This document shows positions 19,252 through 27,945 of a stretch of DNA of 64,000 nt, one piece after another. A program made the position numbers and the translations under genes. Position 1 is the stretch's first letter; each line of letters begins with the position of its first letter. The stretch spans positions 384,001-448,000 of the forward strand of contig JAXCHI010000004.1 of assembly GCA_033977065.1 (NCBI GenBank), in the 5' to 3' direction. Below the pieces are notes generated by a model that saw nothing but the letters and a program-made list of their open reading frames with translations, made no database searches and was not told the DNA's origin. The DNA comes from Candidatus Algichlamydia australiensis (lineage in GTDB: Bacteria; Chlamydiota; Chlamydiia; Chlamydiales; JAJFMI01).

Positions 19252-20654
19252 TCAGGCAGTTTAAGCCACTCTGGCTTTTTGAATCTATGGAAGATAAATG
19301 GAAGAGCAACCATGCTCAAAACTCCTAAAATAATAAAAGATTCGTAGAGTAAAATATTTCCTGTTGGAATTTGCGAGGGAGGGATACAAGTCAGGGTAAT
19401 TCCTAGAATAGATCCCAAGACACCTACAGAAGCAACAAGCCAAATCCCCTTATGTGGGTGGGGAATTTTGTAGGGGCGCGGAACATCAGGACGAGCATAG
19501 CGCAATCGTATTGCGGCAATGAACATCATCACATACATGATGAGATACATCTGCGCTGCTATAGCTGTTAAGGCCCAGTAAGATGTACTTACAGAAGGTA
19601 GAAAAAGAAAGATAAGCGAGACAAAGGAAACAATAATTGCTTGATAAAAGAGCAGTCTCGTTGGCACCCCGTGTGGGTTCAATTTCTGAAAGTAGGGAGG
19701 TAAATTTCCATGAAGTGAAGCCATATGGAGAGCTTTTATTGGCCCGATAATCCAGGCATTGACTTCGGCGATGGCCCCTAAAATGAGCAAACTCCCTATA
19801 ACAGGAAGAAGAAAGCCAAGGTGATAGAAATCTAAAAAGGTTTTAAATGCCTCCATAAGCCCTGTAACGAGCTGAATCTCTTTTCCTGGAATGACATAAG
19901 CTACAGACAAAGATCCAAGCATGAAGAGGAAGAAAACAATAATTGCAGCGATTATAATGGCCTTTGGAAAGTTTTTTTGTGGCTCGTGGACTTCACCTGC
20001 ATATCCGGCTGATACCTCAAGACCTGCAAAAGCGAGAAAAAATCCCCCAAGAAAAACAAGGTTTTGAATGCGTGTAATGTCCGGAATTAAACTTTTGGCA
20101 GTAAACTGGATCTGAACTGGGTTTCCCGTTGTTACATAGTAAATAGCAAGAAGAATAATAAAGACCCCAGGGAGGATCGTTCCCGCTACTACACCAATGC
20201 TTGAAAAGAGGCCTGAAGTCTTGATTCCCCTATAGTTAAGATAGGTCATTCCCCAGTAGGAGGTGAGCACAATCGCAATAATGAAAAGAGGATTATCGGC
20301 CAGAGCGGGGTTCATCATGTAGGCGAGCGTAGCAGCAACAAAAGAGAGAATTGCGGGGTACCAGGTTAAATTGTGGGCCCATTGCATCCAGATAGCAAAA
20401 AAGCCCCACTTGTTTCCAAAAGCCTCACGCACCCAGATGTAGATTCCCCCCGATTTAGGCCATCCTGTTGCAAGCTCAGCTGATACAAGGGCTGATGGCA
20501 CAAGAAAAAGAATCCCTACAACGAAAAAGAAAAAGAGCGCGCTGTAGCCATATTCTGCTACAAGAGGAAGATTGCGCAAACTGGCCATGATTGAAACATT
20601 GAGCAGGACAAGCATGGGAACAGTGATGGTTCTGCTAGAAGAGAATTCTGCCAT
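19248..20654 (-). CDS. APC family amino acid permease (GadC-like)
   Basis: About 12 TM segments, SAELATGWP..GGIYIWVREAFG; paralog at 36108-37505. Confidence 0.9.
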   Translation of the reverse strand: MAEFSSSRTITVPMLVLLNVSIMASLRNLPLVAEYGYSALFFFFVVGILFLVPSALVSAELATGWPKSGGIYIWVREAFGNKWGFFAIWMQWAHNLTWYPAILSFVAATLAYMMNPALADNPLFIIAIVLTSYWGMTYLNYRGIKTSGLFSSIGVVAGTILPGVFIILLAIYYVTTGNPVQIQFTAKSLIPDITRIQNLVFLGGFFLAFAGLEVSAGYAGEVHEPQKNFPKAIIIAAIIVFFLFMLGSLSVAYVIPGKEIQLVTGLMEAFKTFLDFYHLGFLLPVIGSLLILGAIAEVNAWIIGPIKALHMASLHGNLPPYFQKLNPHGVPTRLLFYQAIIVSFVSLIFLFLPSVSTSYWALTAIAAQMYLIMYVMMFIAAIRLRYARPDVPRPYKIPHPHKGIWLVASVGVLGSILGITLTCIPPSQIPTGNILLYESFIILGVLSMVALPFIFHRFKKPEWLKLPE

Positions 20655-20974
20655 TAGTAGTTGTTATCCAAGTACTGAAGAATAGCGGACGATTCATACA
20701 TAGGGCGTCCATTAATGAAGAGGCAGGGGACCTGCCCTTTTCCGCCTTTGCTGATGAGCTCGCGCTTAGCAGACGGATCTGCAGAGACATTTTTTAATGT
20801 TACAGGTATGTTCTTCTCTCGAATCTTATTTAGTACGGGCTTGCAATAGGGACAGGTTGGCATGTAGTAGAGGACAAGCTGCTCGCTTTTCACCTGAATT
20901 ACAGGGGTGTTGCAGTCGGCTTGTAGAGATGGCGGGAAGAATAAAGGGCCTAGTAAAAAGAGGAGTTTTCTCAT
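20654..20974 (-). CDS. Glutaredoxin-like protein with a predicted signal peptide
   Basis: CPYC active site, QVPCLFING; N-terminus MRKLLFLLGPLFFPPSLQA. Confidence 0.85.
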   Translation of the reverse strand: MRKLLFLLGPLFFPPSLQADCNTPVIQVKSEQLVLYYMPTCPYCKPVLNKIREKNIPVTLKNVSADPSAKRELISKGGKGQVPCLFINGRPMYESSAILQYLDNNY

Positions 20975-21319
20975 AAATCACTCATAATTAGTGTTGTTTA
21001 TATATTCACAAAAGTAACAAATTTTTAGCTAAATATTCAACTGTTTTTAAGCTGTTTTTTTTGATGTAAATTCAGTGTTTTGAACATCAATTATTTCGAA
21101 ATTTTCTTTTTTTTCGTTAAAAAAGAAAAATATTTAAAAAAAAATTTCAAATGAAAAAAATGCCGTTTTACTAGGGGAATTGCGTTAATTGATTAACTGT
21201 TTTGATTTTAAATAATAAAAAAACTAAAAAAATTTTTTATTAATTATTATAAATATAGTATATTGAAATTAAATAGAGAGAATATTAATTAATTGCGGCT
21301 ATAAAAGGAGAAGATAGTT

Positions 21320-21964
21320 ATGGCTACAAAGCGAAAGAAGTCAACGGCTAAAAGAAAGCCTGCGGCTAAAAAAACAACTGCGAAGCGTAAGACGACTCGC
21401 AGAAAGACAGTGGCAAAGAAAAAGCCAGCTGTGAAAAGAAAAACAGCGGCAAAGAAAAAGCCAGCTGCGAAAAGAAAAACAGCGGCAAAGAAAAAGCCAG
21501 CTGCGAAAAGAAAAACAGCGGCAAAGAAAAAGCCAGCTGCGAAGAGAAAAACTGCTGCTAAAAGAAAGCCAGCAGCTAAGAAAAAAACTTCTGCACGTAA
21601 GAAGACTACAGCGAAGAGAAAGACTACAGCTAAAAGAAAGCCAGCTGCTAAGAAGAAAACTTCTGCACGTAAGAAGACTACAGCGAAGAGAAAAACTACA
21701 GCTAAAAGAAAGCCAGCTGCTAAGAAGAAAACTGCTGCACGTAAGAAGACTACAGCAAAAAGAAAGACTACAGCTAAGAAAAAGCCAGCTGCTAAGAAGA
21801 AAACTGCTGTACGTAAGAAGACTACAGCAAAAAGAAAGACTACAGCTAAGAGAAAGCCAGCTGCGAAAAGAACAACTCGCAGAAAAACTACTGCAAAGAG
21901 AAAGCCAGCTGCGAAGAGAACAACTCGCAGAAAGACGACTCGCAGAAAAACTGCTAAAAAGTAA
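21320..21964 (+). CDS. hctB: Histone H1-like DNA-binding protein (Hc2/HctB-like)
   Basis: K/R/A/T/P-dominated repetitive protein with no acidic residues, strong AAGGAG SD, own terminator. Confidence 0.8.
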   Translation: MATKRKKSTAKRKPAAKKTTAKRKTTRRKTVAKKKPAVKRKTAAKKKPAAKRKTAAKKKPAAKRKTAAKKKPAAKRKTAAKRKPAAKKKTSARKKTTAKRKTTAKRKPAAKKKTSARKKTTAKRKTTAKRKPAAKKKTAARKKTTAKRKTTAKKKPAAKKKTAVRKKTTAKRKTTAKRKPAAKRTTRRKTTAKRKPAAKRTTRRKTTRRKTAKK

Positions 21965-21987
21965 GAACTTTCTTACCTTATCTTTCT

Positions 21988-22017
21988 AAAAAGCGGGATT
22001 TACGTCCCGCTTTTTTT
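21988..22017. terminator. Bidirectional intrinsic terminator
   Basis: AAAAAGCGGGA-TTTACG-TCCCGCTTTTTTT between convergent hctB and the nitroreductase. Confidence 0.85.
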
Positions 22018-22581
22018 ATACTTGCCTTTCATAGCAAAAGAATTGATGGGATTCCGATCAGACATTTTTTCCATTTTTTGCATATCTTCTGGTAAAGACT
22101 CTTTTAGCCCTGGTCTGCCCACAGCAATCATCATTTCGACCTCATACTCATCTGGAATTTCTAGAATTTCACGGGCTCTTTTATAGCTAAACCCCTCCAT
22201 TCCATGAACAACAAGATTCATGCTCACACCTTGGATAGCAAGCCCCATCCAAGCAGCACCCGTGTCAAAACTGTGCGTTTTGCAAGGCTTGTCGTTGTGA
22301 GTAAACGTTTTACGTGAAATTGTGCAGATGATAGCCCCTGCATTTTTTGCCCAATTTTTATTAAAGTCAATGAGCAGGTCAAGGAATTGCTCCCATTCAG
22401 GATCTTCACGTTTGACATAGATAAATCGCCAAGGTTGGCCGTTATAACTTGATGGAGCCCATCGAGCTGCATCAAAAAGTGTCATGAGTTCTTCATCTGA
22501 AATGCTCTCTCCGTTCATGGCTCTTGAATACCAACGGTTTAGTATTTCAGGCAAGATAAGATGTTCGGGTTTACGTTTCAT
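22000..22581 (-). CDS. Nitroreductase family protein
   Basis: RWYSRA, AARWAPSSYNGQPWRF, FDTGAAW. Confidence 0.92.
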   Translation of the reverse strand: MKRKPEHLILPEILNRWYSRAMNGESISDEELMTLFDAARWAPSSYNGQPWRFIYVKREDPEWEQFLDLLIDFNKNWAKNAGAIICTISRKTFTHNDKPCKTHSFDTGAAWMGLAIQGVSMNLVVHGMEGFSYKRAREILEIPDEYEVEMMIAVGRPGLKESLPEDMQKMEKMSDRNPINSFAMKGKYKKSGT

Positions 22582-23170
22582 GTATTTTCTCTAAAAAGAA
22601 TTGAGTATAAAGCCAGTGTGCTACAACAGCAACACTAAATCCTAAAATATTTCCCGCAACTACATCGCTTAAAAAGTGGGAATTCAGGCCTACGCGGACC
22701 ATTGTGGTGAAAAAGAGTGTTCCAATCAAGTAGGGCACTTGTTTTGGGTAGCGCATTGCAAAAAAACCAAAGAGAGTCGCAATAGTGGCAGCATGTCTTG
22801 AAGGAAAAGATTGAAAGTTTGAGTCTAGGCAGAAAAAGGAGGGGAAGTAAATCCCTTCAGAACAAAAAAGTTTTGGCCGCGGTCTTCCTATAATGTATTT
22901 TAAAAATGTCACTAAAGTGTTTGTTGCGAGAATATTAAAGTTAATTAGCAGCAGTGAGTTTCTAACAGATTTTATCTTCCATAAGGTGAAAAGAAGCAGA
23001 GGCCAAAGAACAAGGTGGAGGAGGGGAGAGATTAAAAAGGAGATGGAGCGACAACTACTACGAAGTATCTTAGTAGAATTTTGATCGATCCACTCAGAGA
23101 GAGGGAGGTCGATCAAAATAGTACCAAGAAAGAGTAAGGAAAAGAGAAAAAGTGATTTACGCAAATTCAT
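22571..23170 (-). CDS. PAP2 family phosphatase (possible lipid A or undecaprenyl-PP phosphatase)
   Basis: KYIIGRPRP, FPSRHA, RVGLNSHFLSDV motifs; multiple TM segments. Confidence 0.85.
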   Translation of the reverse strand: MNLRKSLFLFSLLFLGTILIDLPLSEWIDQNSTKILRSSCRSISFLISPLLHLVLWPLLLFTLWKIKSVRNSLLLINFNILATNTLVTFLKYIIGRPRPKLFCSEGIYFPSFFCLDSNFQSFPSRHAATIATLFGFFAMRYPKQVPYLIGTLFFTTMVRVGLNSHFLSDVVAGNILGFSVAVVAHWLYTQFFLEKIHET

Positions 23171-23182
23171 TTAAAAGAGCTA

Positions 23183-23695
23183 CTATGAATCTGCTAATTT
23201 GAACTTTACAAGGGTCATATTTTGTTGATCCTCTTTGATGTATAGTTCAGCTGGTTCAGAAACATCTAGAGATCGAAATGGTTCATAGACAACTTGTTTT
23301 GCTCTCTTTTTTGACCAAGAGTCTGTGCACCACCCCTCTTTTTTAATTGTTTGCGTCTCTGTGATAGTAAAGTTGATTCCGCCACCCTCTACATTTTGAG
23401 CAGAGACGTGGAAGGAGACTGTGTGGGGATTTCGGGAAGGATGGGTTGCTAGAATTAGATTGCCCTCTATCTCTGTGTGATCTTCTTCATTTGAGGGTGC
23501 ATACTCACTGCAAAAAGCTAGGTGTTCAGGGGCGCTTGTGATCAGATAGATGACTCCATCTACTGGATTGGCGCAGATTCCCTTGACGTGCAGAGAAGGC
23601 GTTCCCTCTTCAACTTTTGTAGAGAATGCGGAGAGCTCTGTAGAAAAAATTGTGAAAAAAAATACTAAAAGAAACGCTGAAATTTTACGAGCCAT
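23183..23695 (-). CDS. Secreted hypothetical protein, paralog 1
   Basis: Signal peptide MARKISAFLLVFFFTIFSTELSA; similar to 24022-24528. Confidence 0.75.
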   Translation of the reverse strand: MARKISAFLLVFFFTIFSTELSAFSTKVEEGTPSLHVKGICANPVDGVIYLITSAPEHLAFCSEYAPSNEEDHTEIEGNLILATHPSRNPHTVSFHVSAQNVEGGGINFTITETQTIKKEGWCTDSWSKKRAKQVVYEPFRSLDVSEPAELYIKEDQQNMTLVKFKLADS

Positions 23696-23780
23696 GATTA
23701 CTCCTTTGTCTTTAATCTCCCATCCTACCAAGGAGTTTTAAAATAACGCAAAGAGATTATTTTTGAGTTTGTATTTTTTC

Positions 23781-23953
23781 TCTCTGTACTGGACAAAAAT
23801 TTTGCCAATGGGAGAGCTGCGCTTTTATCAAATCGATTCTCCTCCTCGTCCATAGCACTATGGGCTATGGACTCGTCGCTCGAAACGCTGCTGCTTCGAT
23901 TTGATTTTGGCTCGCTTTGCTCCTCTTGGCAAAATTTTTGTCCAGTACAGAGA
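23781..23953. mobile_element. Palindromic miniature element type D (173 bp)
   Basis: Perfect 28-bp TIR TCTCTGTACTGGACAAAAATTTTGCCAA; nested internal stems ATCAAATCGA/TCGATTTGAT and GTCCATAGC/GCTATGGAC. Confidence 0.8.
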
Positions 23954-24021
23954 TTTTTTCTGATCTAAAAGACAGTCTCTAAACTTGCTTGGTGGTTATT
24001 TAGAAAGAGAGGAAAGTCGTT

Positions 24022-24528
24022 TTATTCTGCCAATAGATTATAGTGGATGAAGCCTAAATTTTGGCATGCTTGTGTATGAACCATTTCAGCTTTTACTTTT
24101 GTATCTAAGGTACGGTTTTTCACGTGAATTCTGCGAGATGCTTTTTTGCGAAAAGAGCTATTAGTACAACAGCTTCCTTCTTCGAAGATTTGTGTTTCGT
24201 TTATTAAAAAGTCAATTCCCTCATCTGTATTTTGGGCTGAAACAACAAAGTTGATCATTTGAGGGTTTTTAGAAGGGTATGTTGCAAGTATAAAGTCTCC
24301 CTCAACTTCTAGACCATCTTCTTGAAGAGAGGAAGAGTACATTTGATTTATTGTTAGATGGTTTGGAGCTTGCATAATTAGACTCAGAATTCCATTCTCA
24401 AAGCTCCCAGCTCCAACAATTTTGATTAATGGGATCCCTTCTTCAATTTCGTCATGAAAAGCAGACAATTCAGATGAAAAAATTGCGGAAAAAAATAGTA
24501 GAAAAAATGTTGAAATTTTACGGCCCAT
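24022..24528 (-). CDS. Secreted hypothetical protein, paralog 2
   Basis: MGRKISTFFLLFFSAIFSSELSA; shares EGxxILATxPSxNP and VSAQN with 23183-23695. Confidence 0.75.
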   Translation of the reverse strand: MGRKISTFFLLFFSAIFSSELSAFHDEIEEGIPLIKIVGAGSFENGILSLIMQAPNHLTINQMYSSSLQEDGLEVEGDFILATYPSKNPQMINFVVSAQNTDEGIDFLINETQIFEEGSCCTNSSFRKKASRRIHVKNRTLDTKVKAEMVHTQACQNLGFIHYNLLAE

Positions 24529-24601
24529 AAACTGCTCCTGTAGATCAATATAAGAAGCAAGTCTACCAACTTGAATTATTTTAACAAAAGCAAGAAGCGC
24601 C

Positions 24602-24766
24602 TAGATAGCGTCGTCAAAAGGCTATAATCAGATTATTTTTCATGTTTGCAGCTTATTTTTGTACGGAAATTGAAGCTGAATTTGTAAATTCCGCTTCATT
24701 TGAGCACAAAAATGGAGCCCAAACATGAAAAATAAGATGGTTGTATGCTTTTGACGACGCTATCTA
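24602..24766. mobile_element. Palindromic miniature element type E (165 bp including terminal TA)
   Basis: 19-bp TIR TAGATAGCGTCGTCAAAAG; internal stems TTATTTTTCATGTTTG/CAAACATGAAAAATAA and TGAAGC/GCTTCA; end fragment repeated at 52581-52606. Confidence 0.8.
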
Positions 24767-24774
24767 ATACTCTG

Positions 24775-25959
24775 TTATGCTGAGGTTTTCAGAGTCTCTT
24801 TGCTGTACTCAAAAAAGATAGAAGAGTCGATGCCCTTGTACTTAAGGTAAGGAGAGCCAAAAAACTGAATCGCTTTTCGACCAATTTTGTATCCTACTTC
24901 TGGGATGATTTTTGATGGCTTGCATGACCAGCCATCTTCATTAATTGTGGTCTGAAATAAGAAATATTTAATTGCCCAGCAAGCAGTTCCAACTAAACTG
25001 ATTGCAGTTGCAGCAAGGGAAATGCTCAAAACAGATGTAAAAGGGAGCAGAACCATATAGGTAAAGGAGAAGAGAACACCAACGAGGGAAATTGCGCCAA
25101 TTAAAAGCCGTTTTTCGCACTGCTTTTTCACCTTTAACATCAGCTCATGTGCCTCAGCTTTTTCAGCTTTAGAACCAGACTTTGCATAGTTAATTAGAAT
25201 AGGAAGATCATCGCAAATTTGTTTAGCAAGGCGAGGGCGAACCACTCTTGAGAGTTGGCGGACTTTTTCGGTAAGAAGGTCATCTTTTAGCTCTTTAATT
25301 CTTTCAGGAGAACCTAAACCTTTTTTCTCAATTTTGGCCAATTCATCTTCTGAAAGAGAGAGATAATTATCGCGAATTGTCTTAAGATCCTGCAATACAA
25401 AATCTTTGTCATGCGTAAACTGTTTATGAAATTTTACTGTTCTATAAATCCATCTTCCTTGAATCAAAAATTCAAGAGCACAGAGAAGAGATCCTGTAAG
25501 AGAAAGGGAGTTAATCATAGAAGCTGTAATCGAAATAGGAATGAAAAAGAAAGTGATGAATTCAGTAGCGTATTTCCAAATGTTGATTGTGGCGTAGTAG
25601 AGATACCCAACAAGTTGGGGAAGAGTTAAGACGAGTTCAGAAACAGTTTGATAGTCTTTTCTTTTTACTTCATCCTTAGTAAAGCTAAACCACTCTTTAA
25701 GAGCGAGAAGATAGGGAAGAACTGCAGCAACGCCAAAAGTACCGGGGAGGTTACTGGCTCCCGTCCCGTCATAAAGCTCTTTTTCAGGCACCTCAAGCTT
25801 TTTACTCTGAATATGCTCTAATCTTTTCTGTTCTAAAGATGTAGCAGTGAGTATCCCACTGGGTACGTAAGTGCCCATATCGATGATAGGAGTAGAGGGA
25901 GAGAGTTGTCCCAGATCCTCTAGGCCGGGAGTTGTAAAACCTTCTTCGATGTTATTCAT
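24775..25959 (-). CDS. Hypothetical membrane protein, Inc-like
   Basis: Two extended hydrophobic regions including a bilobed ~50-aa C-terminal stretch; no recognisable family. Confidence 0.65.
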   Translation of the reverse strand: MNNIEEGFTTPGLEDLGQLSPSTPIIDMGTYVPSGILTATSLEQKRLEHIQSKKLEVPEKELYDGTGASNLPGTFGVAAVLPYLLALKEWFSFTKDEVKRKDYQTVSELVLTLPQLVGYLYYATINIWKYATEFITFFFIPISITASMINSLSLTGSLLCALEFLIQGRWIYRTVKFHKQFTHDKDFVLQDLKTIRDNYLSLSEDELAKIEKKGLGSPERIKELKDDLLTEKVRQLSRVVRPRLAKQICDDLPILINYAKSGSKAEKAEAHELMLKVKKQCEKRLLIGAISLVGVLFSFTYMVLLPFTSVLSISLAATAISLVGTACWAIKYFLFQTTINEDGWSCKPSKIIPEVGYKIGRKAIQFFGSPYLKYKGIDSSIFFEYSKETLKTSA

Positions 25960-26066
25960 TACTTAATTATATAATATTAACAATTTATTTACAATCGCAT
26001 AAGTTGTTAACAATTAGCATCTTAAAATGTATAGAATCTTTTTTCTTAAGAGGTTATGCTGCAATT

Positions 26067-26702
26067 ATGAAGAAATTTTTCCTTATCCTTGTCATTTTGG
26101 CCCTATCATCTAGTGTTTTTGCTGATTACAAGGCCAAAGACTATTCTTACCTTTTAGGTCACGTAAAAGGGCTAGATGACTCCCTTCTGAAGATGCATTT
26201 TACTCTCTATCAAGGCTATGTAAAAAATACAAACAGTCTCCTTGCAACTATTGAAGAGCTATCAAAGTCGGGAAAAGATCGCACAGCTGCCTATGGAGCT
26301 CTTAAACGTCGTGTTGGATGGGAGATGGACGGGATGCTTCTCCACGAACTCTACTTTTCAAATCTTGGCGGAAAAGGGAACCTCGATTCAAATTCTCCAC
26401 TTTATAAAGCGATTGTCAGCGATTTTGGCAGCTATGAAAGTTGGAAAAAAGACTATATTGCAACCGGCATGATGCGGGGAATCGGCTGGGTGATCCTCTA
26501 TCGCGATCCTAAAAACAGACGTTTACAGAATATCTGGATTGAGGAGCATGATCTTGGCCACATCGCAGGTGGAACTCCAATTCTTATTATGGATGTTTGG
26601 GAGCACGCCTACATTACCCAATTTGGGTTAGATCGCGCCGGCTACATCAACACTTTTTTTCAAAATATCAATTGGAAAGAGGTTGAGCAGAGAGTAAAAT
26701 AG
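26067..26702 (+). CDS. Fe/Mn superoxide dismutase with a signal peptide
   Basis: HFTLYQGYV, LHELYF, DVWEHAY; N-terminus MKKFFLILVILALSSSVFA. Confidence 0.9.
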   Translation: MKKFFLILVILALSSSVFADYKAKDYSYLLGHVKGLDDSLLKMHFTLYQGYVKNTNSLLATIEELSKSGKDRTAAYGALKRRVGWEMDGMLLHELYFSNLGGKGNLDSNSPLYKAIVSDFGSYESWKKDYIATGMMRGIGWVILYRDPKNRRLQNIWIEEHDLGHIAGGTPILIMDVWEHAYITQFGLDRAGYINTFFQNINWKEVEQRVK

Positions 26703-26802
26703 GTGTTTTTTTTGAAAACCTGGAGCTGTTTTGTCTCTCTGTAGGAAAAATCGGGTAGTAACCTGAGTTTAACAAATTCTTAAAATCTGCAATAATAGCG
26801 AC

Positions 26803-27375
26803 ATGGATTTCATTAAGCTTTTACAAAAAGGGGAAGTGATCGGTTTTCCCACGGATACAGTTTATGGTATTGGAGCAGCCTTCAGCCAAATATCTGGAAT
26901 TCAAAAAATTTATGCAATTAAAGGGCGTCCAGAAACAAAGCCATTAATTGCACACGTAAGCTCTTTTGAAATGGCAGAAGCGCTTTTTGAAAGCCCCTCT
27001 AAACGCTTTTATGAGCTCGCCAAAGAGCATTGGCCGGGTCCTGTTACACTTATAGATAAAAAAGCATCCCATGTTTCTGATCTTATTACGGCCAATTTGC
27101 CTACGATCGGTGTTCGCATACCGAATTGCCAGCAGACTCAAGATTTAATTGAAAAGCTAGGAGAGCCTCTTATTGGCACTTCAGCAAACTACTCTGGAGG
27201 CGACCCCCTCTTTTCCCATATAGAAGCAGAAAAACTCTTTGGTAATAAACTGGCAGGGTACTTAGAAGGGAGTGCTTCTCTAAAAGTACCTTCAACAGTT
27301 TACTCTCTTTTCGATGGGCAGATCTTACGAAGAGGATCGACTCAACTTACTGCAAAAATCAGTACTGATCTGTAA
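26803..27375 (+). CDS. tsaC: L-threonylcarbamoyladenylate synthase (Sua5/YrdC)
   Basis: FPTDTVYG, KGRP, WPGPVT, GVRIP, TSANYSG. Confidence 0.93.
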   Translation: MDFIKLLQKGEVIGFPTDTVYGIGAAFSQISGIQKIYAIKGRPETKPLIAHVSSFEMAEALFESPSKRFYELAKEHWPGPVTLIDKKASHVSDLITANLPTIGVRIPNCQQTQDLIEKLGEPLIGTSANYSGGDPLFSHIEAEKLFGNKLAGYLEGSASLKVPSTVYSLFDGQILRRGSTQLTAKISTDL

Positions 27376-27792
27376 AACAAGATGTTGTTCATTCTCTTCT
27401 AAAGTGGGTATCCCTCGTGTAATAATATTTTCTGCGTGAATCAAGTAGTCCTCTTTATCAAAAGTGCCATCGCTTTTTACAAATAAGGCTTTTGATTTTT
27501 CAAGCTCTTCAAAGAGTGCCCTTACATTTTGAGATGCAGATTCAGGGACATCATAGGTCAGAGGTTTTTTTTGAATGTATTCTACTATTCTACTCATGAT
27601 ATCGGGGAAAAATGGAAAATAGGGAGAATTGAGAACTTCTGCTGGAAGCATATCTGTCTTGTTTTCTAGATTGGCTAGTTTACAGAATATCTCTACATAT
27701 GCATTTGAAGCTTCAGCGGTAACTTGAATCACTTCTTTTTCGCGTAACTCATGAAGAGTTGAAATAAATGTTCTGACCCCTACTGCTTGCAT
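27325..27792 (-). CDS. Hypothetical protein
   Basis: 155-aa ORF filling the gap, protein-like composition. Confidence 0.55.
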   Translation of the reverse strand: MQAVGVRTFISTLHELREKEVIQVTAEASNAYVEIFCKLANLENKTDMLPAEVLNSPYFPFFPDIMSRIVEYIQKKPLTYDVPESASQNVRALFEELEKSKALFVKSDGTFDKEDYLIHAENIITRGIPTLEENEQHLVLQISTDFCSKLSRSSS

Positions 27793-27945
27793 ACAATCTA
27801 TTGAATTCTGTTAAAACTATATTAATACTAGTAATAAGTTTAATATAACTCAAGTCATTACCCAGTCTCTCCAAAGGGGGAAGAGGGTAGCAATTTGAGG
27901 TAACGATCGAGAGCAAACTTGAATACACCTTAAAAGCCCTAAAAA

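Noticed and set aside
20975..21319. Sigma-28 promoter for hctB
   Set aside because: No convincing TAAAG-N11/12-CCGA match by eye in this very AT-rich sequence
23781..24766. Integron attC sites
   Set aside because: The ends lack the RYYYAAC/GTTRRRY consensus, the elements are longer than typical attC sites, and no integrase is in the window
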